A DNA stretch of 64,000 nucleotides from contig NC_016943.1 in the NCBI RefSeq assembly GCF_000284015.1, positions 225,541 to 289,540 of the forward strand, given 5' to 3'. Source of the DNA: Blastococcus saxobsidens DD2 (GTDB lineage: Bacteria > Actinomycetota > Actinomycetes > Mycobacteriales > Geodermatophilaceae). Positions 41,898 through 51,369 of this stretch are shown here, piece by piece. Numbering within the stretch: position 1 is the stretch's first letter; every line of letters starts with the position of its first letter. The notes under the pieces were generated by a model. That model was not told the origin of the DNA and made no database searches. It saw only the letters and a program-made list of their open reading frames with translations. Made by a program: the position numbers and the translations under genes.

Positions 41898-42821
41898 ATG
41901 CCGACGCTGCCAGGGACCGATCTGACCGTGAGCCCGCTCTGCCTGGGCGGCAACGTCTTCGGCTGGACGGCCGACGAGGCGACGTCGTACGCCGTGCTCG
42001 ACCGCTACCTGGACGCCACCCCCAGCACGGTCCAGCCGTTCGTCGACACCGCGGAGTCCTACGGCGACGGCGAGTCCGAGCGGATCCTCGGCGCCTGGAT
42101 GGCCGACCGCGGCGCCCGCGACCGGGTCGTCATCGCCACCAAGGCCTCGCGCATGCAGAAGGAGCACCCGCTGGCCGCCGGGGAGATCCGGACGGCGGCG
42201 GAGCGGTCGCTGCGCAATCTGCAGACCGACGTCATCGACGTCTACTACGCCCACTACGACGACGGGACGACGCCGCTCGAGGAGACCGTGCGCGCGCTCG
42301 ACGAGCTGGTGCAGGCGGGCAAGGTGCGGTACGTGGCCGCGTCGAACTACTCGGCGGCGCGGCTGACCGAGGCGCTGGACACCGCCGAGCGGGCGGGCAC
42401 GGCGCGGTACGCCGCCCTGCAGGCCCACTACAACCTCATGGAGCGGCCGGTCTTCGAGGACGAGCTGCGCGACGTCGCCCTCGACCGCGGGCTGGGCGTG
42501 CTGCCGTACTACGGGCTGGCCAAGGGCTTCCGCACCGGCAAGTACCGGCCGGGGCAGCAGATCGACTCGGTGCGGGCGGAGAAGGCGTCGGCCTACCTGG
42601 GGGAGCGGGGCGACCGGGTGCTCGCCGCCCTCGCCGAGGTCGCCGACGGGTACGGCGTGCCGATGCCGGCGGTGGCGCTGCGCTGGCTGGCCGACCAGCC
42701 GGCCGTCGTCGCCCCCATCGCCAGTGGGCGCACGGTCGAGCAGCTCGCCGACCTGCTGCCGATGCAGGACCTGGTGCTCGGCGACGACGAACGCCGGCGC
42801 CTCACCGACGCGGCGGCCTGA
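41898..42821 (+). CDS. aldo/keto reductase
   Basis: AKR TIM barrel, 307 aa. Confidence 0.85.
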   Translation: MPTLPGTDLTVSPLCLGGNVFGWTADEATSYAVLDRYLDATPSTVQPFVDTAESYGDGESERILGAWMADRGARDRVVIATKASRMQKEHPLAAGEIRTAAERSLRNLQTDVIDVYYAHYDDGTTPLEETVRALDELVQAGKVRYVAASNYSAARLTEALDTAERAGTARYAALQAHYNLMERPVFEDELRDVALDRGLGVLPYYGLAKGFRTGKYRPGQQIDSVRAEKASAYLGERGDRVLAALAEVADGYGVPMPAVALRWLADQPAVVAPIASGRTVEQLADLLPMQDLVLGDDERRRLTDAAA

Positions 42822-42840
42822 CCGCCGCGGGCTCCGCCGG

Positions 42841-43938
42841 TCAGCGGCCCGAGCCGGCCGCGGTGGCGAGGTCCTCGATCCGGAGCAGGCCGAGGACCTC
42901 GCCGGTCGGGTCGGTGCAGATCACCGGGTCGAACCGCTGGGCCGGCGGGCGGCTGAGCGCCCGCCGGAGCGCGTCGTCGATGCCGGTGGACGGGTGCACC
43001 CGCAGGGAGACGGGGGAGGTGTAGACCTCCGCCGTCCGCGGGTCGCTGAGCAGCAGGCCGGCCGGTTCGCCGTGCGGGCCGAGCAGGACCGCGGGCGCCA
43101 CCATGGCGGTGTCCTCGTCCGGTTCGTACCGGCGCACCGGCCGCAGCAGGCCGGCCACGGTCTCGGTGACCCGGGCCCGGGCGACCTGGGCGCGGAGGAG
43201 CTGGGTGACCTCGGCGGAGAGCGGGGCGAACGTCGTCGCGGGCCGGCCGAGCAGCCAGCCCTGGGCCAGCGGGACGCCGAGCCGGGCGAACGCGGCCAGC
43301 TCGGCCGGGGTCTCCACGCCCTCGGCCAGCAGGCGGGCGTCGATCCGACCGGCGAACTCCCCGATCATCTCGGCCAGCGTCATGCGGACGGGGTCGCCGT
43401 CGATGCCGGCGACCAGCGCCCGGTCGAGCTTGACCAGCTGCGGCCGGACGGCGGCCAGCTGCTGCAGCCCGGAGTAGCCGCTGCCGGCGTCGTCGAGGGC
43501 GATCCGGGCGCCCCGCTCGCGCAGGGCGTCGGTCTGCCGGCGCAGGGCGGCCAGGTCGTCGACGGGGGTGTGCTCGGTGAGCTCGACGACCACGCGGTGC
43601 AGGTCGGCCCGGCTGGACAGGGCGTCCTGGACGACGTCGGTGCCCAGCAGGTGGGGGCTGACGTTGAGGGTCAGGAAGGCGTTCGGCGGCAGCCCGTCGA
43701 CGGCGGCGAGCACCTTGTGGACCGCCAGCGCCTCCAGCTCCGCGGCGATCCCCACCTCGGCCGCGGCCGCGAACCAGGCGTCGGGTCCGGCGGTGCCGGG
43801 GAACCGGGCCAGTGCCTCGTAGCCGGCGATCGTCGCGGTGGCGAGGTCGACGATGGGCTGGAAGACGAGCGTGAGGTCGTCGGCGTCGGCGAGCAGCGGC
43901 CGGCAATCCGGGAGAGCGACCGTGCGCATGCCGAGCAT
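42841..43938 (-). CDS. EAL-domain c-di-GMP phosphodiesterase-like protein with a C-terminal sensor-like extension
   Basis: EAL signatures: EALAR, E at VELTEH, DDAGSGYSG, and KLD. Confidence 0.75.
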   Translation of the reverse strand: MLGMRTVALPDCRPLLADADDLTLVFQPIVDLATATIAGYEALARFPGTAGPDAWFAAAAEVGIAAELEALAVHKVLAAVDGLPPNAFLTLNVSPHLLGTDVVQDALSSRADLHRVVVELTEHTPVDDLAALRRQTDALRERGARIALDDAGSGYSGLQQLAAVRPQLVKLDRALVAGIDGDPVRMTLAEMIGEFAGRIDARLLAEGVETPAELAAFARLGVPLAQGWLLGRPATTFAPLSAEVTQLLRAQVARARVTETVAGLLRPVRRYEPDEDTAMVAPAVLLGPHGEPAGLLLSDPRTAEVYTSPVSLRVHPSTGIDDALRRALSRPPAQRFDPVICTDPTGEVLGLLRIEDLATAAGSGR

Positions 43939-44030
43939 GAGAGGTGGATCGGACGATCGGCGTCGTTCCTTGAACCCGCGCCCGGATCTCCCCCCGCAGG
44001 AAGATCCGCCCGTCGTCCGCCCCGCCGGAC

Positions 44031-46874
44031 GTGCCGGCCCCGATCCGTCGGACGGTCGTGCCAGCATGTGCGTCAGGAGCACCCGACCGGGTGCGGCGAC
44101 ACCGGGCGGAGGGCTGTGTGGCCGGCGCTGCGTCCACCGTCCCTCCGGGCCTGCCGGGGAGCGACCCGCTGACCGATCCCCTGCGGGTCGCCGCGGCCCG
44201 GCGGCTGCTGCTGGAGGTGCCCGGCCCGGCCGCCTTCGACCGGCTCTCCGCGCTCGCCGCGCGGCTGCTGGATGTCGGCCACGTGAAGGTCACCCTGTTC
44301 ACCGACCGCGACGTCGTCGTCGGTGGTCACGGACTGCCGGCCGGCGTGGTCGGTGGGCCGGCACTGCTGACCGGCGCCCTCTCGGCGATCACCGTGCGCC
44401 AGGGCTCGTCGCTGCGGATCTCCTCGGCGGCCGACGACGAGCGGGTCGCCGGGCTGCCGGCCGTCACCTCGGGGGAGGTGCGGTCCTACCTGGGTGCGCC
44501 GCTGCTGGCGGCCTCGGGCCAGGTGGTCGGCGCGCTGGCCGGCTACGACGCCGCCCCCCGGGAGTGGTCGGACGACGCCGAGGAGCTGCTGGAGCAGCTC
44601 GCGGCCTCCGTCGTCGCCGAGCTCGAGCTCTCCGCCGCGCAGTCCGCCGTCGGCACCTCCCGCGCCTGGCTGGAGGTGGCCCTGGAGGCCAGCTCGGTCG
44701 GCATCTGGGAGCGCGACCTGCGCACCGGGACCATCCACTGGGACGAGCGCTGCGCGGCCCTGTTCGGCGTGGACTCCGCGATGGACCACGAGTCGCTGGA
44801 CCAGGTGCTGACCGAGCACGTGCACCCGGAGGACCACGCCGCCGTGGAGGAGGCGATGCGGGTCGCGATCGAGGAGCGGGGTGACTACACCGTCGAGTTC
44901 CGGGTGCGCCGCGAGGACGGCGTCGCCCGCTGGGTGCTCGCCCGCGGCCGGGTGGTGGCCGACGCATCGGGTGCACCGGCGCGGGTGCTCGGCACCGTCC
45001 TCGACGTCACCGAGGCACGGGGGCAGGCCCAGCGGCGGCTCACCGCGGTCGAGCGGGCCGCCGCCATCGCCGAGGTCGCCGCCGAGCTGGCCAACGCCGC
45101 CCGCCTCGAGGATCTCGCCGACGTGGTCGTGCGGGCCGCTCACGTGCTGGGGGCCCAGACCGGTGCGCTCGCGATCGTCGACGGACCGGGCGGTCCGCTG
45201 CGCCTGCACATGGCCGGCGACCTGGCGGCCACCGTCCGGGAGCAGCACCCCGAGATCGGGCTGGTCGACGGCGTCGTCCTGCCGATGGACGACGCGTTGC
45301 CGGTCCAGTACGCCGCCCGGCGCGGCCGGCGGCTGCTGCTCAGCGATCCCGCCGAGACGATCGCCCGGTTCCCCGCGATGGCGGGGGTCGTCGACCTGGT
45401 GGGGCTGCGCGCCCTCGCGGCGGTGCCGCTGCGGGTGGAGGGCCGGGTTCTCGGCACGTTCCTCGTGGTCTGGACCGTCGACCACGACTTCCTCGGGGAC
45501 GACGTCGAGGTGCTGGAGGCGCTGGCCGCGCAGATCGCGCTGAGCGTCTCGCGGCTGCAGGCCGACGCCGAGCGTGCCGCCGCGGTGGCGGCGATGGCCC
45601 AGGCCAACGAGCGGCTGCGGTTGCTCGCCGAGGCCGGCCGGGTGCTGTCGGGCACGCTGGACATCAACCAGCAGATCGGCCGGCTGGCCTCGCTCGTGGT
45701 CCCCGAGCTCGCCGACTGGTGCTGGATCGTGGTCACCGACGAGCAGGGCCGGCTGCACGACGTGGCCAGCAGTCACCGGGACGCCGCCCGCCGCTCCGAG
45801 GTGGAGGAGTACGTGCGGGCGATGGTGGCCACGATGAGCGAGGCGTCGGCCGCCCGCCGGGTCACCACGACCGGCTCGCCTGTGATGCTGCCGGTGATCG
45901 ACTGGGACGACGTGGCCCGTGCGCTGCCCGACGCCGGCGCCCGCGAGCGGTTCGCGCGGCTCGGCGCGGGCTCCGGGGTGGCGGTCCCGCTCGTCGCCCG
46001 CGGGCAGGTGCTCGGCGCGCTGGGGTTGTTCACCCGGGAGGAGCGCGGCCCGCTGGGCGACCGCGAGGTGGACACCGCCGTGGAGATCGGCCGGCGGGCC
46101 GGCCTGGCCCTGCACCAGGCCCGGCTCTACGGCCAGCAGCGGGAGCTGGCCGACGCGCTGCAGCGCAGCATGCTGACCGAGCCGCCCCAGCCCGAGCACG
46201 GCGAGATCGTCGTCCGGTACGTGCCGGCGGCCGAGGGCGCCGAGATCGGCGGTGACTGGTACGACGCCTTCCTGCAGCGCGGTGGGGCGACGGTGCTGGC
46301 CATCGGCGACGTCGTCGGGCACGACACCCGCGCAGCCGCGGCGATGGGCCAGGTGCGCGGGCTGCTGCGCGGGATCAGCTACTCCAGCGGTGGCTCACCG
46401 GCCGAGGTGCTCAGCGAGCTGGACCGCGCCGTCCAGGGGCTGGCACTGGACACGATGGCCACCGCGCTGGTCGCCCACCTCGAGCCCGAGCCCGGCGACG
46501 AGACCGGCCGCGTGCGGCTGCGCTGGGCCAACGCCGGCCACCCGCCGCCGGCGCTGCTCGCTTCCGACGGCAGCGTGGTGCTGCTCGAGGGCAAGCAGGC
46601 CGATCTGCTGCTCGGCGTGGCGCCGGAGACGGTGCGCGAGGACCACGTGGCCGTCCTCGCGCCGGGGTCCACGGTGCTGCTCTACACCGACGGGCTGGTC
46701 GAGCGGCGCGACCGGGACATCGACGCCGGCACCCAGCAGCTGCTCGAGGTGCTCGGCGACTGCGAGGGGCTGCCGCTGGGCGAGCTGTGCGACCGGGTGC
46801 TCGAGCGGATGTTCCTGCCCGACGCCGAGGACGACGTCGCCGTCCTCGCCGTCCGCCTGCACCCTGAGGGCTGA
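44031..46874 (+). CDS. multi-sensor (GAF/PAS/GAF) PP2C-family serine phosphatase (RsbU/SpoIIE-like)
   Basis: PAS (GIWERDLRTGTIHWDE), GAF repeats, and a C-terminal PP2C/SpoIIE domain (GGDWYDAF ... IGDVVGHD ... LLYTDGLVE). Start uncertain. Confidence 0.75.
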   Translation: MPAPIRRTVVPACASGAPDRVRRHRAEGCVAGAASTVPPGLPGSDPLTDPLRVAAARRLLLEVPGPAAFDRLSALAARLLDVGHVKVTLFTDRDVVVGGHGLPAGVVGGPALLTGALSAITVRQGSSLRISSAADDERVAGLPAVTSGEVRSYLGAPLLAASGQVVGALAGYDAAPREWSDDAEELLEQLAASVVAELELSAAQSAVGTSRAWLEVALEASSVGIWERDLRTGTIHWDERCAALFGVDSAMDHESLDQVLTEHVHPEDHAAVEEAMRVAIEERGDYTVEFRVRREDGVARWVLARGRVVADASGAPARVLGTVLDVTEARGQAQRRLTAVERAAAIAEVAAELANAARLEDLADVVVRAAHVLGAQTGALAIVDGPGGPLRLHMAGDLAATVREQHPEIGLVDGVVLPMDDALPVQYAARRGRRLLLSDPAETIARFPAMAGVVDLVGLRALAAVPLRVEGRVLGTFLVVWTVDHDFLGDDVEVLEALAAQIALSVSRLQADAERAAAVAAMAQANERLRLLAEAGRVLSGTLDINQQIGRLASLVVPELADWCWIVVTDEQGRLHDVASSHRDAARRSEVEEYVRAMVATMSEASAARRVTTTGSPVMLPVIDWDDVARALPDAGARERFARLGAGSGVAVPLVARGQVLGALGLFTREERGPLGDREVDTAVEIGRRAGLALHQARLYGQQRELADALQRSMLTEPPQPEHGEIVVRYVPAAEGAEIGGDWYDAFLQRGGATVLAIGDVVGHDTRAAAAMGQVRGLLRGISYSSGGSPAEVLSELDRAVQGLALDTMATALVAHLEPEPGDETGRVRLRWANAGHPPPALLASDGSVVLLEGKQADLLLGVAPETVREDHVAVLAPGSTVLLYTDGLVERRDRDIDAGTQQLLEVLGDCEGLPLGELCDRVLERMFLPDAEDDVAVLAVRLHPEG

Positions 46875-46952
46875 CGCCGGGCGGTCGAGATCGGCACCGT
46901 CTCCACCCGACGCCGACTCCCCGGGGCGCTACGGCCCGCGCCAGGCATGGTT

Positions 46953-47009
46953 TTCCGCACAGTCGGACTCTGCCCATCAGCGCTGGGCAGAGTCCGACTG
47001 TGCGCGGAA
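46953..47009. terminator. ~24-bp stem inverted repeat between convergent genes
   Basis: TTCCGCACAGTCGGACTCTGCCCA, loop TCAGCGC, TGGGCAGAGTCCGACTGTGCGCGGAA. Near perfect with a 2-nt bulge. Confidence 0.55.
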
Positions 47010-47103
47010 CACCTGTGTCACCGGCCGGCCCACAGTTCCCGGCACGGCCTGATCCCGGGTACGTGGCCACTCGGACCCAGGCTGCGCGTGGAACACCGCT
47101 GTG

Positions 47104-49167
47104 TCACTGGCCGGGTGGCACGTCCAGGTCGGTCGCGGTGCCCTCCGGCGTCCCGGCACCGTGCTGCCGGCGCAGCTCGGCGTCGCGGGCGGCCATGGCC
47201 TCCTGCCGGCCGGGCTCCTCCTCGAGGATGGCCGCGGCCTTCCAGTCCGCCGGGATGGCGAAGGCGTCGACCAGCGTGGTCATGTGCGGGCGCAGCTGCT
47301 TGAGCAGGGAGTTCACCGTGGCGGTCAGCGTCTTGGCGCGTGCGGGAGTGAGCTGCCCGTGCTCGAGGAACCAGGCCTTGTCCGCCTCGATGGTCGACAA
47401 CGCGTACAGGTCGCAGACGGCGTCCAGCAGCGTCCGTGCGGCCGGGTCGGTGGTGCGGTCGACGCCGTCGACGAACGCCTCGAGGACGATCCGGTCGATG
47501 TGCGTCTGCGCCGTCTTGAGCACGTGGTCCTGGACGTCGTTGAACATGTCGAAGGGCGCCATCGGGTGGGTGGGAGACGACACGGTGGTGGAGTTCTTCC
47601 GGAGCCGCCGGATGGCGCCCTCGAGCGCGTGCTTCTCGCGGAACTCGAGCATCTTCAGCTGCCAGCCGCGCTCGAGCATCGGCACGTCCTCCAGCCCGGG
47701 CACGGCGTCGACGAGGCGGGCGATCAGCGCGCGGGCCGCCGTCCGTTCCAGCACGGTCTCGCGCACCATGTCGGCGACGAAGCCGATCCGGCCCCAGCCG
47801 TCGAGCGAGCCGAACGTGTCGCGGTAGCCGGTGAGCAGGCCCTTGGCGACCAGCTGCAGCAGGACGGTGTTGTCGCCCTCGAACGTGGTGAAGACGTCGG
47901 TGTCGGCCTTGAGGTGCGGCAGCCGGTTCTCCTGCAGGTAGCCGGCCCCGCCGCACGCCTCGCGGCACATCTGGATGGTCTGCGTGGCGTGCCAGGTCTG
48001 GGCGACCTTGAGCCCGGCGGCGCGGGACTCGAGCTCGCGCTGGGCCTGCTCGTCGATCTCCTGGCCGTGCTCGTGCACCGCCGTCTGGACGTCGTGCATC
48101 GTGCTGACCAGCTCGGCCTGGGCGAAGTTCAGCGCGTAGGTCCTGGCCAGCGCGGGGAGGAGCTTGCGCTGGTGCACGAGGTAGTCGTTGATGACGATCT
48201 CGCGCTCCTCGCCCGGGGCGGCGAACTGGCGGCGGGCGTTGCCGTAGCGCACGGCGATGTCCAGGGCCAGCTTCGTGGCCGACGCCGCCGAGCCGCCGAC
48301 GCTGACCCGGCCGCGCACCAGCGTGCCCAGCATGGTGAAGAAGCGGCGGGTCTCGTTCTCGATGCTGGACGTGTAGGTGCCGTCGGAGGCGACCTGCCCG
48401 TAGCGGTCGAGCAGCATGTCGCGGGGCACGGTCACGTGGTCGAAGGTCAGCCGGCCGTTGTCGACGCCGAGCAGGCCGGCCTTCGGGCCGTCGTCGCCGA
48501 TGGTGACGCCGGGCATCGGGTTCCCGTCCTCGTCCCGGATCGGCACCAGCCAGGCGTGCACGCCGTGGTTCGTCCCCTGCGTGATCAGCTGGGCGAAGAC
48601 CACCGCCATGCGCCCGTCCTCGGCGGCGTTGCCGATGTAGTCCTTGCGCGCGGCCTCGTGCGGGGTGTGCAGGTCGAACGTCTGCGTGGCCGGGTCGTAG
48701 GTGCAGGTGGTGCGCAGCTGCTGGACGTCGGAGCCGTGGCCGGTCTCGGTCATGGCGAAGCAGCCGGGCAGGTCGAAGCTCATGATGTCGCGCAGGTAGG
48801 TCTCGTGGTGCCGGCGCGTGCCCAGCAGCTGGACGGCGCCGCCGAACAACCCCCACTGGACACCGGCCTTGACCATGAGGGAGAGGTCGGTGAAGGCGAG
48901 CATCTCGATCGAGGTGACCGAGCCGCCGGCGTCGGCCTCGCCGCCGAACTCCTTGGGAAAGCCGAAGCCCACCCGACCCGACTGGGCGAGCGTCCGTGCC
49001 GCGCGGGTGACCCGCTCGCGGGCCTCGGCCATCGACTCGCCGTAGACCGGCAACATGTCCGGGTCGTGCAGGTTCTCCCGGGCGTCGCGGCGCACGTGTG
49101 CCCAGCGGCCGTCGAGCGCCTCCTGGAGGTGGGCCGGGTCCACCGTGGGTGGCAGGGTGCTCGTCAC
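47104..49167 (-). CDS. acyl-CoA oxidase/dehydrogenase family protein
   Basis: About 687 aa. ACAD/ACOX middle and C-terminal domains. SD AAGGAGG before the GTG. GTG overlaps the TetR stop (GTGA). Confidence 0.8.
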   Translation of the reverse strand: MTSTLPPTVDPAHLQEALDGRWAHVRRDARENLHDPDMLPVYGESMAEARERVTRAARTLAQSGRVGFGFPKEFGGEADAGGSVTSIEMLAFTDLSLMVKAGVQWGLFGGAVQLLGTRRHHETYLRDIMSFDLPGCFAMTETGHGSDVQQLRTTCTYDPATQTFDLHTPHEAARKDYIGNAAEDGRMAVVFAQLITQGTNHGVHAWLVPIRDEDGNPMPGVTIGDDGPKAGLLGVDNGRLTFDHVTVPRDMLLDRYGQVASDGTYTSSIENETRRFFTMLGTLVRGRVSVGGSAASATKLALDIAVRYGNARRQFAAPGEEREIVINDYLVHQRKLLPALARTYALNFAQAELVSTMHDVQTAVHEHGQEIDEQAQRELESRAAGLKVAQTWHATQTIQMCREACGGAGYLQENRLPHLKADTDVFTTFEGDNTVLLQLVAKGLLTGYRDTFGSLDGWGRIGFVADMVRETVLERTAARALIARLVDAVPGLEDVPMLERGWQLKMLEFREKHALEGAIRRLRKNSTTVSSPTHPMAPFDMFNDVQDHVLKTAQTHIDRIVLEAFVDGVDRTTDPAARTLLDAVCDLYALSTIEADKAWFLEHGQLTPARAKTLTATVNSLLKQLRPHMTTLVDAFAIPADWKAAAILEEEPGRQEAMAARDAELRRQHGAGTPEGTATDLDVPPGQ

Positions 49168-49868
49168 AGGTCCTCCTTGCGGTTGTCGGTGGTCACGACG
49201 CCGGAGAGCCCGGCCCAGGCCAGTGCGGTGAGGTGCGCCGCCAGGTCGCGACGGGGCATGGGGCGGCCGGTGCGCAGCCACCAGTCGGCGGCGGCGCGGA
49301 CCAGGCCGACGACGCCGTGGCCCCAGGGGGCCGCTGCGGCCGGGTCGCGGCCGGCGTCGGCAAGGGCGGCGGCCAGCAGTGCGGCCGCCTGGTCGCCGAC
49401 GAGGTCGGCGAGGCCGGTGACCGGATCGGCGTCGGCCGGCCGGTCGCCGCCGGGGGCGGAGACGACGAACCGGTAGACCTCGGGATCGGCCTCGAGGAAG
49501 GCGAGGTAGGCCTCGATCGCGGCGCCGAGCATGGCGCGGGGCTCGGCGCTGCTGCTCATCGCCGCCCGCAGCGTGGGCAGCAGCTGCTCGGCCACCCGCG
49601 CGCAGACGGCGACGTGCAGGTCGGTGCGGTCGGCGAAGTGCCGGTAGACGACGGTCTTGCTGGTGCCGGCCTCGGCGGCGATCTCCTCCATGCCGACGCC
49701 GGCCCCGTGCTTGCCGACGGCGGTGAGGGTGGCCTGGACGAGTTGTTCGCGGCGTTCCCGCCGGTGCTCGTCCCATCTCGAGTCGCGCCGGTCCCGGCGG
49801 TGCGCCACCTTCTTCTCCTGCACGCGGGGCTGCACGTGCGACGTCTCTCGCACCGCCTCGGCTTTCAC
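49164..49868 (-). CDS. TetR-family transcriptional regulator
   Basis: TetR HTH MEEIAAEAGTSKTVVYRHF. Divergent from the thiolase gene. Confidence 0.75.
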   Translation of the reverse strand: MKAEAVRETSHVQPRVQEKKVAHRRDRRDSRWDEHRRERREQLVQATLTAVGKHGAGVGMEEIAAEAGTSKTVVYRHFADRTDLHVAVCARVAEQLLPTLRAAMSSSAEPRAMLGAAIEAYLAFLEADPEVYRFVVSAPGGDRPADADPVTGLADLVGDQAAALLAAALADAGRDPAAAAPWGHGVVGLVRAAADWWLRTGRPMPRRDLAAHLTALAWAGLSGVVTTDNRKEDL

Positions 49869-49930
49869 AGTGACCGACGGTACCTGATACCGTGAGTACC
49901 GGCCAGCTCCACCCGAACCCGGAGGTCTCC

Positions 49931-51226
49931 ATGGCGCAGAGCCAGCAGCCCACGACCCGCAAGGCGGCGATCGTCGGCGGGAACCGGATCCCGTTCGCGC
50001 GATCCAACACGGCGTACGCCCAGGCGTCCAACCAGGACATGCTCACTGCCACGCTCGACGGGCTGGTCGCCCGCTTCGGCCTGCAGGGGGAGTCCCTGGG
50101 CGAGGTCGTCGCCGGCGCCGTCCTCAAGCACGCCCGCGACTTCAACCTCACCCGCGAGGCCGTGCTCGGCTCGAAGCTGTCGGCGACCACGCCGGCCTAC
50201 GACGTGCAGCAGGCCTGCGGCACCGGCCTGGAGGCGGCGATCCTCGTCGCCAACAAGATCGCCCTCGGGCAGGTCGAGTCCGGCATCGCCGGGGGCGTCG
50301 ACACCACCTCGGACGCTCCCCTCGCCGTCAGTGACGACCTGCGCCGGGTCCTGATCTCGCTGAACAACGCGAAGACGTGGCAGGACCGGCTCAAGGTCCT
50401 CGGCCGGATCCGCCCCGGCATGATCGCGCCGGAGATCCCGCGCAACGCCGAGCCGCGCACCGGCCTGGCGATGGGTGACCACGCGGCGATCACCGCCGAG
50501 GAGTGGGAGATCGGCCGCGAGGAGCAGGACGAGCTCGCCGTCCGCTCGCACCGGTCCATGGCCGCCGCCTACGACCGCGGCTTCTTCGACGACCTCGTGA
50601 CGCCGTTCCTCGGGCTGGCCCGCGACAACAACCTGCGGCCGGATTCGTCGGTGGAGAAACTCGCCACGCTCGAGCCGGTGTTCGGCAAGGGCGAGGGCGC
50701 CACGATGACCGCGGGCAACTCGACCCCGCTCACCGACGGCGCCTCCGCGGTGCTGCTGGCCTCCGACGAGTGGGCCGAGGCCAAGGGCCTGCCGGTGCTG
50801 GCCCACCTGGTCGACGCGCAGACCGCGGCGGTCGACTACGTGCACGGCGGCGAGGGCCTGCTCATGGCGCCGGTGTACGCCGTCCCCGTACTGCTGGCCC
50901 GCAACGGGCTGACCCTGCAGGACTTCGACTTCTACGAGATCCACGAGGCGTTCGCCTCCACCGTGCTCGCCACGATGAAGGCCTGGGAGGACCCGGCCTA
51001 CTGCAAGGACACGCTCGGCCTCGACGCGCCGCTGGGCTCGATCGACCGGTCGAAGCTGAACGTCAACGGCTCGTCGCTGGCGGCCGGGCACCCGTTCGCC
51101 GCGACCGGCGGCCGGATCGTCGCCCAGCTGGCGAAGGCGCTGCACGAGGCGGGCCCCGGCAAGCGCGGTCTGATCTCCATCTGCGCGGCCGGCGGCCAGG
51201 GCGTCGTCGCCATCCTCGAGTCGTGA
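49931..51226 (+). CDS. acetyl-CoA C-acyltransferase (thiolase)
   Basis: Thiolase fold (active-site Cys region QQACGTGLEA; NVNGSSLAAGHPFAATG). SD GGAGG. Confidence 0.85.
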   Translation: MAQSQQPTTRKAAIVGGNRIPFARSNTAYAQASNQDMLTATLDGLVARFGLQGESLGEVVAGAVLKHARDFNLTREAVLGSKLSATTPAYDVQQACGTGLEAAILVANKIALGQVESGIAGGVDTTSDAPLAVSDDLRRVLISLNNAKTWQDRLKVLGRIRPGMIAPEIPRNAEPRTGLAMGDHAAITAEEWEIGREEQDELAVRSHRSMAAAYDRGFFDDLVTPFLGLARDNNLRPDSSVEKLATLEPVFGKGEGATMTAGNSTPLTDGASAVLLASDEWAEAKGLPVLAHLVDAQTAAVDYVHGGEGLLMAPVYAVPVLLARNGLTLQDFDFYEIHEAFASTVLATMKAWEDPAYCKDTLGLDAPLGSIDRSKLNVNGSSLAAGHPFAATGGRIVAQLAKALHEAGPGKRGLISICAAGGQGVVAILES

Positions 51227-51369
51227 CCCGGTAGTCGCCGCCGCGGGGTCGACCCGGGCCCGGCGGGGTGGAGCCGCGTGGGCACGCGGCTCAACCCTGC
51301 GCGACCCGGGTTGACCCGGGCCGCGACAGAGCGCACGCCCTCATCCCATCTGTGGAAGGAAGACCTCCA

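Noticed and set aside
47104-50190. 1028-aa minus ORF joining acyl-CoA oxidase, TetR and a region antisense to thiolase
   Set aside because: The ACOX and TetR parts are in different frames of the listing, and the 5' extension is antisense to the thiolase. They were split at the SD-preceded GTG (49167) and the TetR boundaries.
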